Of a stretch of 32,000 bases of DNA, positions 1-9,255 are shown piece after piece. The notes under the pieces were generated by a model, which ran no database searches, was not told where the DNA came from, and was given only the letters and a program-made list of their open reading frames with translations. The stretch spans positions 4,920,001 through 4,952,000 of the forward strand of contig NC_009925.1 of NCBI RefSeq assembly GCF_000018105.1, written 5' to 3'. This stretch comes from Acaryochloris marina MBIC11017. GTDB lineage: Bacteria > Cyanobacteriota > Cyanobacteriia > Thermosynechococcales > Thermosynechococcaceae. Positions within the stretch are counted from its first letter, which is position 1. The number at the start of each line of letters is the position of its first letter. The position numbers and the translations under genes were made by a program.

Positions 1-591
1 ATGGGCTGGTGTTGCTGCACCGCCTTGAAAATCATCGGGTGAGGAGCGAAGAGGAATATGGGTTGGCCGAAGAGCTGGACCTGAAGGACGAGCTGCTGGA
101 CTATTGGTAGGAGGTCTAGGGGTTTCCGCACCTCCGTGAAAATTATCTGATGGGGGCAGTGGTGAGGCTATTGGCCGAGGAGCTGGACCTGAAGGACGGG
201 CCGCTGGACTAATAATTAGTAAGGGTGAATTAGGTGGAACTGGGGACGGAGAATATGGCTGAGAATTCTCCACTAGCGGAACTCCATCCGCCTCTGCTGG
301 AATATTCACATCAGTTGGAAATGAAGCTCCGCCTTGGGGGCCTGCTCCAGATGGGCTGGTCGGGGTAATGGCTGGTGAGGAGGGGAAAGGTTGGGGAGAA
401 GCCTGGGGACGTGCAGGCTTTTTCTGAGAACGGTCAGGTTGAACAATAGGCTGGAGCAAGCCGGGATTCAACTCATAGGGGCCTGCAACTAACATCGGCT
501 GTTGAATCACAGGCGAGGATAACTCCTGAGCCTTTGGAGTATTGAGGTCAGTTTGACAGCCTAAGCATAGCGTTGCCAACACGGAAAACAT
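1..591 (-). CDS. Proline-rich repeat protein, N-terminal part (partial; ORF runs off the window start)
   Basis: The minus-strand frame is open from 633 down to base 1 (checked codon by codon). The first ATG is at 591-589. Translation starts MFSVLATLCLGCQT (short hydrophobic N-terminus with Cys, possibly a lipoprotein-type signal), followed by P/S/A-rich sequence with ~36-aa repeats (SPAARPSGPA...). It is absent from the ORF track because the window edge truncates it. Confidence 0.5.
   Translation of the reverse strand, partial: MFSVLATLCLGCQTDLNTPKAQELSSPVIQQPMLVAGPYELNPGLLQPIVQPDRSQKKPARPQASPQPFPSSPAITPTSPSGAGPQGGASFPTDVNIPAEADGVPLVENSQPYSPSPVPPNSPLLIISPAARPSGPAPRPIASPLPPSDNFHGGAETPRPPTNSPAARPSGPALRPTHIPLRSSPDDFQGGAATPAH
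65..210. repeat. Tandem ~108-bp (36-codon) coding repeat inside the Pro-rich protein
   Basis: A 38-mer, ggccgaagagctggacctgaaggacgagctgctggact (65-102), recurs at 173-210 with 35/38 identity. The offset is exactly 108 bp, so it is in frame. Confidence 0.7.
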
Positions 592-708
592 GAGAGATGA
601 TCTACCACAGAACAGGTCATAAGGGGAATTCAGCTAAAAAATCGACATTTTCTGAGAAAAATCAATCTGCCCCAGCTTAGAGTGCCCTGTAAGTTGTGGA
701 CTAACGCA

Positions 709-2076
709 TCATTTTTCTGTCTGTTTAGAGGAAATAGGTCGCCATCCAGGTAATACACTTTGCCGTTGACGCGCCACGACTAGGACATCATCATCGACAT
801 TCTTAGTAATTGTGGAGCCTGCCGCCACGGTAACATTTGCCCCTAAGGTAATCGGAGCCACTAAGACGCTGTTTGCACCTGTTTTGGTGCGATCGCCAAT
901 CTGAGTTGGATGTTTATTCACCCCGTCATAATTGGCAGTAATGGTTCCTGCACCAATATTGACCTGGGTTCCTAAAGTGGCATCCCCTAGATAAGACAGA
1001 TGGGCGACGTTGGTGCGATCTCCAATGGTCGTTTTTTTCATTTCAACGAAATTACCGACCCGGCATTTCTCACCAATCTGCACATTCCCTCGTAGATGCG
1101 TATAAGGCCCTATCCGGGAGTTGTCGCCCACTCGGCTGTCCGAGATAACAGAATAAAGAACCTGCACATTGGTGCCAATATGGCTATTCTCAATCAAACT
1201 CCCAGGACCGATACGGCTACCGGTATCAATTTTGGTATCGCCCCGTAGGTGGGTTTGAGGCTCGATAATGACATCGGTCCCCAATTCAACGGTTTCATCT
1301 ATGGTAATGCTGTCTGGATCCATAATTGTCACGCCAGCAACCAGCCAATCATCCTTAATCCGATCTTGCAAAATCTTGTAGGCGGTGGCTAATTGTTTGC
1401 GATCGTTAATGCCTAGAATTTCTTGATAATCATCGACATCCAGAACCATAACTGGGTCTAAGTAGTTAACTGCATCGGTCAGATAATATTCTTTTTGATC
1501 ATTTTCAGCTTTCAGGTTTGGTAATACTTTGGCTAAAGCCGACCAGCGAAAACAATAGACCCCTGCATTGATGCGTTGATTTTGACGTTGGGCAGGGGTA
1601 CAGTCTCGATCTTCAATAATTTCTTGCAAATGCATTTGAGCATCGCAAAAGACCCGACCATAACCTTTGGGATTGGGCAATTGGGCTGTCAAAATGGTCG
1701 CTGCATTCTGATGCTCTTGATGGGTTGCCAACATTTTTTGCAACGTCCCAGGTCGGAGTAAGGGGACATCGCCATTGAGGACGAGCAAGTCTCCTTCAAA
1801 GCCTTCCATCACAGGCAGTACTTGCTGGACGGCGTGGCCTGTGCCCAATTGCTCCGTTTGTTCCACAAATTCTAAGTTCGGCCAGCCTTGCATTTCTGTC
1901 CGCACTTGATCAGCGGAATAGCCCACAATCACAATCTGACGGGATGGAGAAAGGTTTTGGGTGCTGCTTAATACTCGCTCAATCAGGCTCTTACCCCCTA
2001 ACTGATGTAGTACCTTGGGCAGGTTTGACCTCATACGTGTGCCTTTACCCGCTGCCAAAATTGCTACCGCGATCAT
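709..2076 (-). CDS. glmU: Bifunctional UDP-N-acetylglucosamine diphosphorylase / glucosamine-1-phosphate N-acetyltransferase
   Basis: 455-aa ORF. The N-terminal nucleotidyltransferase motif is [11 protein letters not shown]...LPKVLH. The C-terminal half has left-handed beta-helix hexapeptide repeats (IGxxVxIG...). Length and architecture are typical of GlmU. Confidence 0.95.
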   Translation of the reverse strand: MIAVAILAAGKGTRMRSNLPKVLHQLGGKSLIERVLSSTQNLSPSRQIVIVGYSADQVRTEMQGWPNLEFVEQTEQLGTGHAVQQVLPVMEGFEGDLLVLNGDVPLLRPGTLQKMLATHQEHQNAATILTAQLPNPKGYGRVFCDAQMHLQEIIEDRDCTPAQRQNQRINAGVYCFRWSALAKVLPNLKAENDQKEYYLTDAVNYLDPVMVLDVDDYQEILGINDRKQLATAYKILQDRIKDDWLVAGVTIMDPDSITIDETVELGTDVIIEPQTHLRGDTKIDTGSRIGPGSLIENSHIGTNVQVLYSVISDSRVGDNSRIGPYTHLRGNVQIGEKCRVGNFVEMKKTTIGDRTNVAHLSYLGDATLGTQVNIGAGTITANYDGVNKHPTQIGDRTKTGANSVLVAPITLGANVTVAAGSTITKNVDDDVLVVARQRQSVLPGWRPISSKQTEK

Positions 2077-2970
2077 GTCCTTGTCCTAGGGAGTCAACAC
2101 TCACGGAGTATATCGTGCTTCTTCGCCAATAGAGACAACAGATTGTTGTTAAAGATAGAGTGTGGGTTGAGACAAGGTTGGTTGCCCCGGATAACCTTCC
2201 CAAAAGCATCTAATTTGAGTCCCCATCCTTGGAATTGTGAGCATAGAAAAATCAGGGTTTGAAATAACGGATTGCTCAATGTATATTCTGACGGATTCTG
2301 GTCAGAAGTATTTGAGATTAGAAATGTTCAAGTTTTATTCTAAAAATAATTTTCTCGACAGCCTCTGGATATGGGCTATTGATGCTAGAGATCTATAATC
2401 GTCATCCATTATGGGAGGTGATATCCTGGCACTCTTGCTGGTGGATGAGGACGATATCTTTTACACACAACGCAAAATTCTACTCCCTACCAAGTGGGCA
2501 ATTGAAGCCTCTATTTCCTAGCATTTTTATGGCTATATCCTCAGACTGAATCTTGCAAATCATGGAAACAAGGGCTAACTCTTCAGCACTGGCTAGATAA
2601 ATATCACTGGCTTAGAGAAGGCATGTATTTTTACCTATCATGTCTACTATGTCTTGCAGGCTACAACTTGTGGCATGGGAGAAAATAACCACCTCAAAAA
2701 TCATTCTCCAAATTTTCACAAATCTGAGCTTATATAAGGCTAGCAGAACTCAAAGACTAAGGAATCAAGAGTAAAAAAAAGGAAATCTGTAAATCTGCGA
2801 AATTATTATTAATAATCTGAGGCGTTGTTAGAATCTGATTATTTTCCAGAATTACATAGTAAACAACTTTAAGCTGTGCTGATTTTCTTAATCCTTTGTT
2901 GCTCAAAACCCAAAAAAATATGGCAGTATTAATACATTCAGGTGATATTTATAGAGAGACTTGTTGATTT

Positions 2971-3348
2971 ATGCCTAGGAAAAATAAGCAGACTAAGCCT
3001 TTAACAGGTGAAGCGTTAATTACGAAAGTCAAACAACTGAGTGATTTGACTCGTGAGGAGAAAGCGAAAGCCTGTGGATATATTTCCAATGAGTCAGATG
3101 GCTCAGAACGAGTGAAAGTGATGGCCTTCCTCAATGCTTTATTGGATGCAGAAGGCATTAATTTAGATCGGCATTCTGCTGATGGAGATGGCCGAGGTGG
3201 GCGCAAAGCCAGTTATAAGGTCAGTGTGCAGTCCAACGGTAATATTTTAGTTGGACGTACTTATACAAAAGCTTTGGAATTAGAGCCTGGGGATGAATTC
3301 GAAATCACCGTGGGTCGTAAGCATATTCATTTGAACAAGGTTGCTTAG
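2971..3348 (+). CDS. Cyanobacterial AbrB-family transcriptional regulator (cyAbrB; C-terminal SpoVT/AbrB domain)
   Basis: 125 aa. The N-terminal part (KPLTGEALITKVKQLSDLTREEKAKACGY) and the C-terminal AbrB-like swapped hairpin (ILVGRTYTKALELEPGDEFEITVGRKHIHL) match the cyAbrB (CalA/CalB-type) layout. A long AT-rich leader lies upstream. Confidence 0.85.
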   Translation: MPRKNKQTKPLTGEALITKVKQLSDLTREEKAKACGYISNESDGSERVKVMAFLNALLDAEGINLDRHSADGDGRGGRKASYKVSVQSNGNILVGRTYTKALELEPGDEFEITVGRKHIHLNKVA

Positions 3349-3456
3349 TTGACACAGCTACCCCCTCAAATGCACTTATAGGCTCCGATGTAGTTGAGAG
3401 GCTAACGACTTCCGATATTCTGTTAAGTTTCGCTTACATTCAATACCTACAAATCA

Positions 3457-3493
3457 ACGGATGGCTAGTCTTTGGATGCCATCCGTTTTTTCA
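3457..3493 (+). terminator. Rho-independent terminator downstream of cyAbrB
   Basis: A perfect 10-bp stem, aacggatggc (3457-3466) / gccatccgtt (3479-3488), with a 12-nt loop, is followed directly by a T-run (ttttt). Confidence 0.6.
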
Positions 3494-3759
3494 TGGGCGG
3501 TCTTAGTCTTTTATTTCGCGAAGAATTAATAATTCATTTCATTTAAAAATAGATGGGGAGCTATTCATACTTGAAGGGAGTTAGCTGACTACTCCAAATA
3601 CTGCATGAGCTAGTGACAGCAAGCAATCTAAAGCCCATGAAAAATTCCTTTATCATCCCTATTGCCAGATGTATCAGACTTGCGATCGCACCCCCATCCT
3701 CCTCGCAAAAATCAAAACAAATGTACTATAATTTTTCAGTCTATATCCCCCTAACCTTA

Positions 3760-3822
3760 GCCTCACCACAGCTACCGCAAGCCTCACCACAGCTACCGCA
3801 AGCCTCACCACAGCTACCGCAG
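3760..3822. repeat. Three head-to-tail 21-bp direct repeats (gcctcaccacagctaccgcaa)
   Basis: Copies lie at 3760-3780, 3781-3801 and 3802-3822. The first two are identical and the third differs only at its last base. The array ends 28 bp before the topoisomerase ATG (3851). Confidence 0.9.
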
Positions 3823-3850
3823 TCATTCACGCATCAATAGAGAACCCAAT

Positions 3851-5983
3851 ATGTCTCGCCTGCTCATTGTCGAATCCCCAGGAAAAATCAAGAAGCTGAG
3901 ATCGATTCTTGGATCAGGCTGGCAGGTACGGGCTTCCGTGGGACATATCAGACAGCTCGCCAATACGGGTACGGGTAACTTAGGATTTGAAGCAAAAAAT
4001 GGTCAGATCACCTGTAGCTATGAACCCAGGGATGACCGGGCCAAAAAGACCATCGCTGATCTGAAAACCGCCGCTAAACAGGCCGACGAGATTTTTATTG
4101 CCAGTGACCCAGACCGGGAAGGAGAAGTGATTGGGTGGCATATTGCCCAGGTACTTGGGATTAAGAAACCAAAGCGGGTGGTCTATCAAGAAATTACGGA
4201 ACGAGCGGTTCAGCAAGCTATTGCCCATCCCAAATCTTTAGATATGGACTTGGTGGAAGCGGGGCGCTGTCGAGATTGCCTCGACAAACTCGTGGGCTAT
4301 CGGGGGTCTCCCTTGATCTGGCGGTTGAACAATGGTGCAAAGTCCGTCGGTAGAGTCCAATCGGCAACCCTGCACCTGATTTGTCAGCGCGAACGCGAGA
4401 TCCAAGTTTTTGTGCCTCAGGACTATTGGTCGGTATTTGTGGAATATTCCGAAGGGTTCAAAGCGTTTTATCACGGCAGCATGACTGGGAACGAGCCAGA
4501 CGAAACCACCATTGAGGATGCGGGGTCAGAAGCTAAAACGGAAGAATCGACCCGAGTCACCTCCCAGGCTGCAGCCGATGCCTTGGTTGAAATAGCCCAA
4601 GCTCATCCCCACCACATCCTCTCTATCGAAGGGAAGATCACCCCCAAAAAGCCCCCTGCCCCCTTTACCACTTCAGCTCTTCAGCAAGCTGCTGGGTCGC
4701 GCCTTAAGTTCAGCCCTGAGCAAACCATGCAGGTGGCCCAAAAACTCTATGAAACGGGTCTGATCACCTATATGCGCACGGATTCAGTGATCTTATCCCC
4801 GGACTACTGTGCTGCCGCTAAAAAATGGCTAGAGCAAAATGATGCGGATAATGTTCCCAAAAAAGTCGCCAAGCAGAAAGGGGGCAAGCAAACTCAGGAA
4901 GGTCATGAGGCCATCCGCCCGACGGATATTTTCAAACCCTCTGCAGAACTCAAGCAATTCCTACCGGAAGAGCAGTTCAAGCTATATGTGTTGATTTGGA
5001 CCCGGGCCTTAGCCTCCCAGTGCAAACCCGCTCAGATCCGTAAAACCATCGTCATTAGTCAGTCTGGTGAAGTTCAGTGGAAAGCCAAAGGCAATCTTGT
5101 AGAGTTCAAGGGTTACTCAAAATACTGGAAGGACATTAAAGCCGATACAGAACTGCCCACCCTGCAGCCCCAACAGTCTCTCACCCTAGCCCAAGCCGAT
5201 TCCCAGCAGAAGCAAACCCAGCCTCCTGCTCGCTACAGTGAACCAAAGCTGGTGCAACTGATGGAGAAAAAGGGCATTGGTCGACCGTCTACCTATGCTC
5301 CCACGATCAAGACTATCAAGGCTCGGGGCTATGTCGATCTGATCAAGGGTAAACTCCAGCCCACCCAGATCGGCATGGAGGTGGATCAATTTATGGGGGG
5401 TGCTTTACCGGAGCTATTGGAGGCTGAATTTACGGCCCAGATGGAGAGTTCCTTGGATGCGATCGCACAAGGGAATCAGGAGTGGCAAAACTATCTGATC
5501 GACTGGAACCGCAGCTATTTTGCCCCGGCCTTGGCGAAGGCCTTGAAAGAGTTACCTGAACCGACTGGCAACTACGGAGGCAAAGTCTTACAAAAATCTA
5601 GAACCAAATGCCCAGGTTGCAGTCACCCCATGTCCAAGGTGCCCAGCAAAAAGGTGAAGAAGAAGTATTTCCTCAAATGCGAGAACGGCTGCACGGCGGA
5701 CAATGGTCGAGGTCTAGTGATGTTCTGGTCCGATCGAGATAAAAATTGGCAAGTTCCCCAGGCCAAATCGGATCAACCTACGCCGCCAGCAGAACTCACG
5801 GATTATCCCTGTCCGGCTTGTCAGCAGAAAATGGAGATTTACTCATACCACAAGGATGGGCAGACCAAGCAGATGCTCCGATGCTCAGACCCAAAAGCTA
5901 GATCTGATAAGAAGCATAAGAATGCGGTCTATTTTCAAAGTAAAGGACGGTGGTGGAGTCCTAAATATGGGGAATTGGAATAA
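3851..5983 (+). CDS. topA: Type IA DNA topoisomerase (topoisomerase I-like) with two C-terminal zinc-ribbon modules
   Basis: 710 aa. It has the Toprim motifs LLIVESPGK and ASDPDREGE, the active-site tyrosine motif GLITYMRTDS, and C-terminal Cys4-type ribbons (CPGCSHPM...CENGC and CPACQQKM...LRCSDP). Confidence 0.85.
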   Translation: MSRLLIVESPGKIKKLRSILGSGWQVRASVGHIRQLANTGTGNLGFEAKNGQITCSYEPRDDRAKKTIADLKTAAKQADEIFIASDPDREGEVIGWHIAQVLGIKKPKRVVYQEITERAVQQAIAHPKSLDMDLVEAGRCRDCLDKLVGYRGSPLIWRLNNGAKSVGRVQSATLHLICQREREIQVFVPQDYWSVFVEYSEGFKAFYHGSMTGNEPDETTIEDAGSEAKTEESTRVTSQAAADALVEIAQAHPHHILSIEGKITPKKPPAPFTTSALQQAAGSRLKFSPEQTMQVAQKLYETGLITYMRTDSVILSPDYCAAAKKWLEQNDADNVPKKVAKQKGGKQTQEGHEAIRPTDIFKPSAELKQFLPEEQFKLYVLIWTRALASQCKPAQIRKTIVISQSGEVQWKAKGNLVEFKGYSKYWKDIKADTELPTLQPQQSLTLAQADSQQKQTQPPARYSEPKLVQLMEKKGIGRPSTYAPTIKTIKARGYVDLIKGKLQPTQIGMEVDQFMGGALPELLEAEFTAQMESSLDAIAQGNQEWQNYLIDWNRSYFAPALAKALKELPEPTGNYGGKVLQKSRTKCPGCSHPMSKVPSKKVKKKYFLKCENGCTADNGRGLVMFWSDRDKNWQVPQAKSDQPTPPAELTDYPCPACQQKMEIYSYHKDGQTKQMLRCSDPKARSDKKHKNAVYFQSKGRWWSPKYGELE

Positions 5984-5994
5984 AAACGAAGAAA

Positions 5995-6018
5995 TCCCCT
6001 GCAAAAAATCACAGGGGA
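5995..6018 (+). terminator. Possible hairpin terminator after the topoisomerase gene
   Basis: A 7-bp stem, tcccctg / cagggga, with a 10-nt A-rich loop lies 12 nt after the stop codon. There is no immediate T-run, so this is weak. Confidence 0.3.
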
Positions 6019-6299
6019 AGTAAGGCTTTTGTAACTTTAGTACTTCCTCTTATAATGCCCATCGGGAAGCGGGTTTCAAGCTTGGTTCCGTCTGAAACTG
6101 AGGCTAATTCATCTTATTCAGAAGTGGCGTTATCACTCCCCTTGTTGAGATGCTGACAAAACATCCATTGGCTGGCATCCCCCCATTACGGAAAATTGAT
6201 CCTAATGGGTGAGAGACAGGTACTCATAACATCACCAAAGGGCGAATGTCACTGGGAGAGTTTAGTGGCTGTCCAGAACAAGTTAAAGGGATAATTACG

Positions 6300-6563
6300 C
6301 TATTCAGCGAAAATCTTGTTAAACAAGTTGGTGACCTTGCTAAACGTTTGTGCTCTTCTGCGACGTCCCTCTGCTAGCCTCGCATCCAAATCATCACTAG
6401 GCTCTTCATCTTCAGCCCTTAGCAATTGATTTACTGCATTTTTAGTAGATGGAATCGTTGGCAATGAATTTTGCGTTCTGTCAGACTCAGATTTGGGGTT
6501 GGAAGCCTGTAAAGGTTCGTCTACTTTAAGCTCTGATGAAGCGACAGGGTTTGAGAGTTCCAT
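6300..6563 (-). CDS. Hypothetical small acidic, low-complexity protein
   Basis: 87-aa ORF with an ATG start and no recognisable domain. The composition suggests disorder. It is divergent from the IS5-like element. Confidence 0.3.
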   Translation of the reverse strand: MELSNPVASSELKVDEPLQASNPKSESDRTQNSLPTIPSTKNAVNQLLRAEDEEPSDDLDARLAEGRRRRAQTFSKVTNLFNKIFAE

Positions 6564-6584
6564 CTTGAAATATCTCGATACTTA

Positions 6585-8281
6585 GGGCTTGCTTCGGAAG
6601 TCTAAGTTCCAATATTTGCAGTGTATCCAAGTGTTGAGGGCCCTTGAGAAGTGCAAGGAAAATCATTCAAAATATTTAAAACCCTTGCACCTGCAACCCG
6701 ATGTATCGCCGTCCATCCCCCGGTCAACTGTCCTTTGAGAACTTCTACTTGCCCTTTGGAGGGAAACTTTCAGGAGAGAATCGCTGGGTCAAACTAGCCG
6801 AGTTGATTCCTTGGGAGAGCTTTGAGTCAGAATATGCAGACCAATTCAGTCAGACCATGGGGGCACCTGCCAAACCCTTTCGTGTGGCCTTAGGGACCTT
6901 AATCATCAAAGAGAAACTGGGTATATCCGACGCAGAGACCGTAGAACAGATTCGAGAGAACCCCTACTTGCAGTACTTTCTGGGGTTTAGTGAATATCGA
7001 GAGAGTGCTCCGTTTGATGCCTCCATGCTGGTTCACTTTCGCCAACGGTTGAATCTAGAGCTGCTAGCTCAAGTCAATGACGCAGTCGTGGACTCTGTGC
7101 TGGCATCCGAGGGGTCTCCTGTGGCGATGTCCCCTGAGTCATCTCCTCCCTCTGACGATGATGAAGATGAGCCTCCTGCCCCTCCCAACCAGGGCCAATT
7201 GTTGATAGATGCGACCTGTGCACCAGCCGATATTCGCTATCCGACAGACTTGGATTTGCTCAATGATGCCCGCAAAGCAAGCGAAGCCATCCTCGATGCT
7301 TTATATGCTCAAGTCATGCTGTCCCTCAAGTGCAAACCTCGCACCTACCGCCAGAAGGCCCGCAAAGCCTATCTGGCCATTGCCAAAAAACGTCAACCGA
7401 GCCGCAAGCTGATTCGTAAAGGGATTCGTCAGCAGTTGGGCTATGTGCGTCGCAATCTAGCCCATATTGATGGGTTGATAACATTGGGGGCTTCCCTATC
7501 CCAATTGTCCCGGCGGCAGTACCGTCTGTTGCTGGTGATTCATGAAGTCTTTCGACAGCAAGAATGGATGTATCAACAGTCAGTACGTCGAGTGGACGAC
7601 CGGATTGTCAGTATGAGTCAGCCTCATGTCCGACCGATGGTCCGAGGCAAAGCTGGAACACCCGTTGAGTTTGGAGCCAAGCTATCCCTCAGTTGTGTGC
7701 GTGGATGTGTGTTTCTGGAGCGCTTGAGTTGGGATGCGTTCAATGAATCCCAGCATCTTCAACATCAAGTGGAAGCCTTTCGTCGTCGCTTTGGCCATTA
7801 TCCTTTCTCAGTCCATGCTGACCAAATCTATCGGACTCGGGCTAATCGACGATGGTGTAAAGCTCGGGGGATTCGCTTGAGTGGACCGCCGTTAGGAAGA
7901 CCTCAACAAGACCCACAAGTACAGACCCAACTCAAGCAACAAGCGTGTGAGGATGAAAAGGTGAGGGTCCAGATTGAGGGTAAGTTTGGGCAGGCCAAGC
8001 GACGGTTTGGCTTGAATCGAGTGATGGCGAAGTTAGCGGATACGGCTGCCAGTGCGATTGCTATCACGTTCTTGGTCATGAATCTGGAGCGGTGGCTCAG
8101 CCACTTTTTATCGTTCATTTTTGGGGTGGGATTGCTGGTTTTGGAAAGCGTTATGGAGCTGTCAGGACTTCCTTGGGGCTTTGCTAGGGCCAGTCAAAGG
8201 ATATGGCTCTGGCCGTCACAAATGGGTTGCTTGTACGATTTGATGCATGGAATTTGCTCAATTTACTTTCTCAGCAAACCC
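6585..8281 (+). mobile_element. IS5-family-like insertion sequence (1697 bp) flanked by 6-bp target-site duplication TACTTA
   Basis: The termini are imperfect inverted repeats, read to include the last TSD bases. tagggcttgcttcggaagt (6583-6601) matches the reverse complement of actttctcagcaaacccta (8265-8283) at 15/19 positions. The direct repeat TACTTA sits at 6579-6584 and 8282-8287, immediately outside GGG...CCC ends. One long transposase ORF lies inside. Confidence 0.75.
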
Positions 8282-8425
8282 TACTTATACAGTTCTTGTG
8301 GACAGGTTTGCTTTTGGGCAGACGCTGGTCAGCCTTTAGCAATCACGCCAGCATGTAACCTCTTAGGTCCTCAGTGTTCCCCTCTGCAAAGGCTAGAGAA
8401 ACATTACGACTCCTTTGAGACCTGA
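6701..8425 (+). CDS. IS5-family transposase (InsH-type N-terminal DUF772 region plus DDE domain), with the ORF reading through the right IS end
   Basis: 574-aa ORF. The N-terminus (LSFENFYLPFGGKLSGENRWVKLAELIPWE...ENPYLQYFLGF) is typical of IS5-type transposases. The DDE region includes LLIDATCAPADIRYPTDL and ADQIYRT. The last 47 codons (8282-8422) lie outside the element. Confidence 0.85.
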   Translation: MYRRPSPGQLSFENFYLPFGGKLSGENRWVKLAELIPWESFESEYADQFSQTMGAPAKPFRVALGTLIIKEKLGISDAETVEQIRENPYLQYFLGFSEYRESAPFDASMLVHFRQRLNLELLAQVNDAVVDSVLASEGSPVAMSPESSPPSDDDEDEPPAPPNQGQLLIDATCAPADIRYPTDLDLLNDARKASEAILDALYAQVMLSLKCKPRTYRQKARKAYLAIAKKRQPSRKLIRKGIRQQLGYVRRNLAHIDGLITLGASLSQLSRRQYRLLLVIHEVFRQQEWMYQQSVRRVDDRIVSMSQPHVRPMVRGKAGTPVEFGAKLSLSCVRGCVFLERLSWDAFNESQHLQHQVEAFRRRFGHYPFSVHADQIYRTRANRRWCKARGIRLSGPPLGRPQQDPQVQTQLKQQACEDEKVRVQIEGKFGQAKRRFGLNRVMAKLADTAASAIAITFLVMNLERWLSHFLSFIFGVGLLVLESVMELSGLPWGFARASQRIWLWPSQMGCLYDLMHGICSIYFLSKPYLYSSCGQVCFWADAGQPLAITPACNLLGPQCSPLQRLEKHYDSFET

Positions 8426-8462
8426 TCGAAACCGAAGTACAGTAGTGAATTCTTAGGCAAGT

Positions 8463-9074
8463 GTGGACTATCGGGCAATGCTAAACCTTGCGCAACTTCC
8501 TGGGCTGTTGGTCGGATTTCGTGTTCTGATCGCACCTTTATTACTCGTAGATGCGATGGACCATCAAACGAGCATTTGGTTCTTAGTGGGATATGTGTTG
8601 GCTATTCTGTCCGATATTTTCGATGGCATCATTGCTCGCCGCCTAGGAGTGAGTACGCCCCAACTTCGACAAGCAGACAGTTGGGCGGATATTTGGTTGT
8701 TTTCTTGCTTAGCGCTTAGTACCTGGTGGGTCCATCCAGACGTTTTGCAACAACTCCGCGTCCCTTTGCTGGTTGCGGTTGCCGCTCAATTTAGCCTGTT
8801 TGGGATCAGCTTGATCAAGTTTCGTAAGTTTCCGAGTTTTCATACCTATACGGCTAAAGCTTGGGGAATTGCACTACTGGTGGCTACGCTCTCGTTGTTT
8901 GGCTGGGGGGATTCCAGGGCATTGTGGGTTGCGATCACAGCCTGTCTCGTCAACAGTCTAGAAGAAATCGTGATGACCCTCGTTTTAGCCAAGTGGCACT
9001 GTGATGTCCTGAGCCTCTTTCATGCCCTTAAATTACGTCAATCTGAGCTGATAAACTCGGTGGAGAAAGGCTAA
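8463..9074 (+). CDS. CDP-alcohol phosphatidyltransferase family membrane protein
   Basis: 203 aa with multiple hydrophobic spans. The motif DIFDGIIARRLGVSTPQLRQADSWAD matches DG-x2-AR-x8-(G)-x3-D-x3-D, except that the Gly is replaced by Leu. GTG start. Confidence 0.7.
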   Translation: MDYRAMLNLAQLPGLLVGFRVLIAPLLLVDAMDHQTSIWFLVGYVLAILSDIFDGIIARRLGVSTPQLRQADSWADIWLFSCLALSTWWVHPDVLQQLRVPLLVAVAAQFSLFGISLIKFRKFPSFHTYTAKAWGIALLVATLSLFGWGDSRALWVAITACLVNSLEEIVMTLVLAKWHCDVLSLFHALKLRQSELINSVEKG

Positions 9075-9255
9075 AGTGGTGGGGTACAACGCCAGGAAAA
9101 GCATATTCTGAAAAAATGCAAGAGATTTGGGAGCGAATTCATCAAGGTTTTGCCATCCATGCCCCCAAACTCATCTCTTGTCTACAACCTGGCGCTGCAG
9201 AAGAGGAAATTGAGCACACAGAAAAACTGCTAGGAATTCAATTGGCACTGGTCTA

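Noticed and set aside
2094-2279. 61-codon minus-strand ORF upstream of glmU
   Set aside because: It has no motif and lies in the promoter/leader region of glmU. The composition does not look coding.
2286-2307. Hairpin ttctgac-ggattctg-gtcagaa in the glmU / cyAbrB intergenic region
   Set aside because: It has only a 7-bp stem, no T-run, and no gene end that it could terminate. That is insufficient to call a terminator or an RNA element.
3760-3822. Possible CRISPR array
   Set aside because: The three 21-bp units are contiguous with no spacers, and there are no cas genes in the window. This is a simple tandem repeat, not a CRISPR array.
3613-3840. 75-codon ORF encoding three ASPQLPQ repeats
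   Set aside because: The ORF exists only because the 21-bp repeat length (7 codons) is frame-preserving. It has a non-ATG start, no ribosome-binding site and no coding-like sequence outside the repeats. I treat it as a non-coding repeat array upstream of the topoisomerase gene.
8282-8425. The C-terminal 47 residues of the 574-aa transposase as a genuine conserved domain
   Set aside because: This part lies outside the IS boundary defined by the TACTTA duplication and the inverted repeats. It is flanking intergenic DNA read through by chance.
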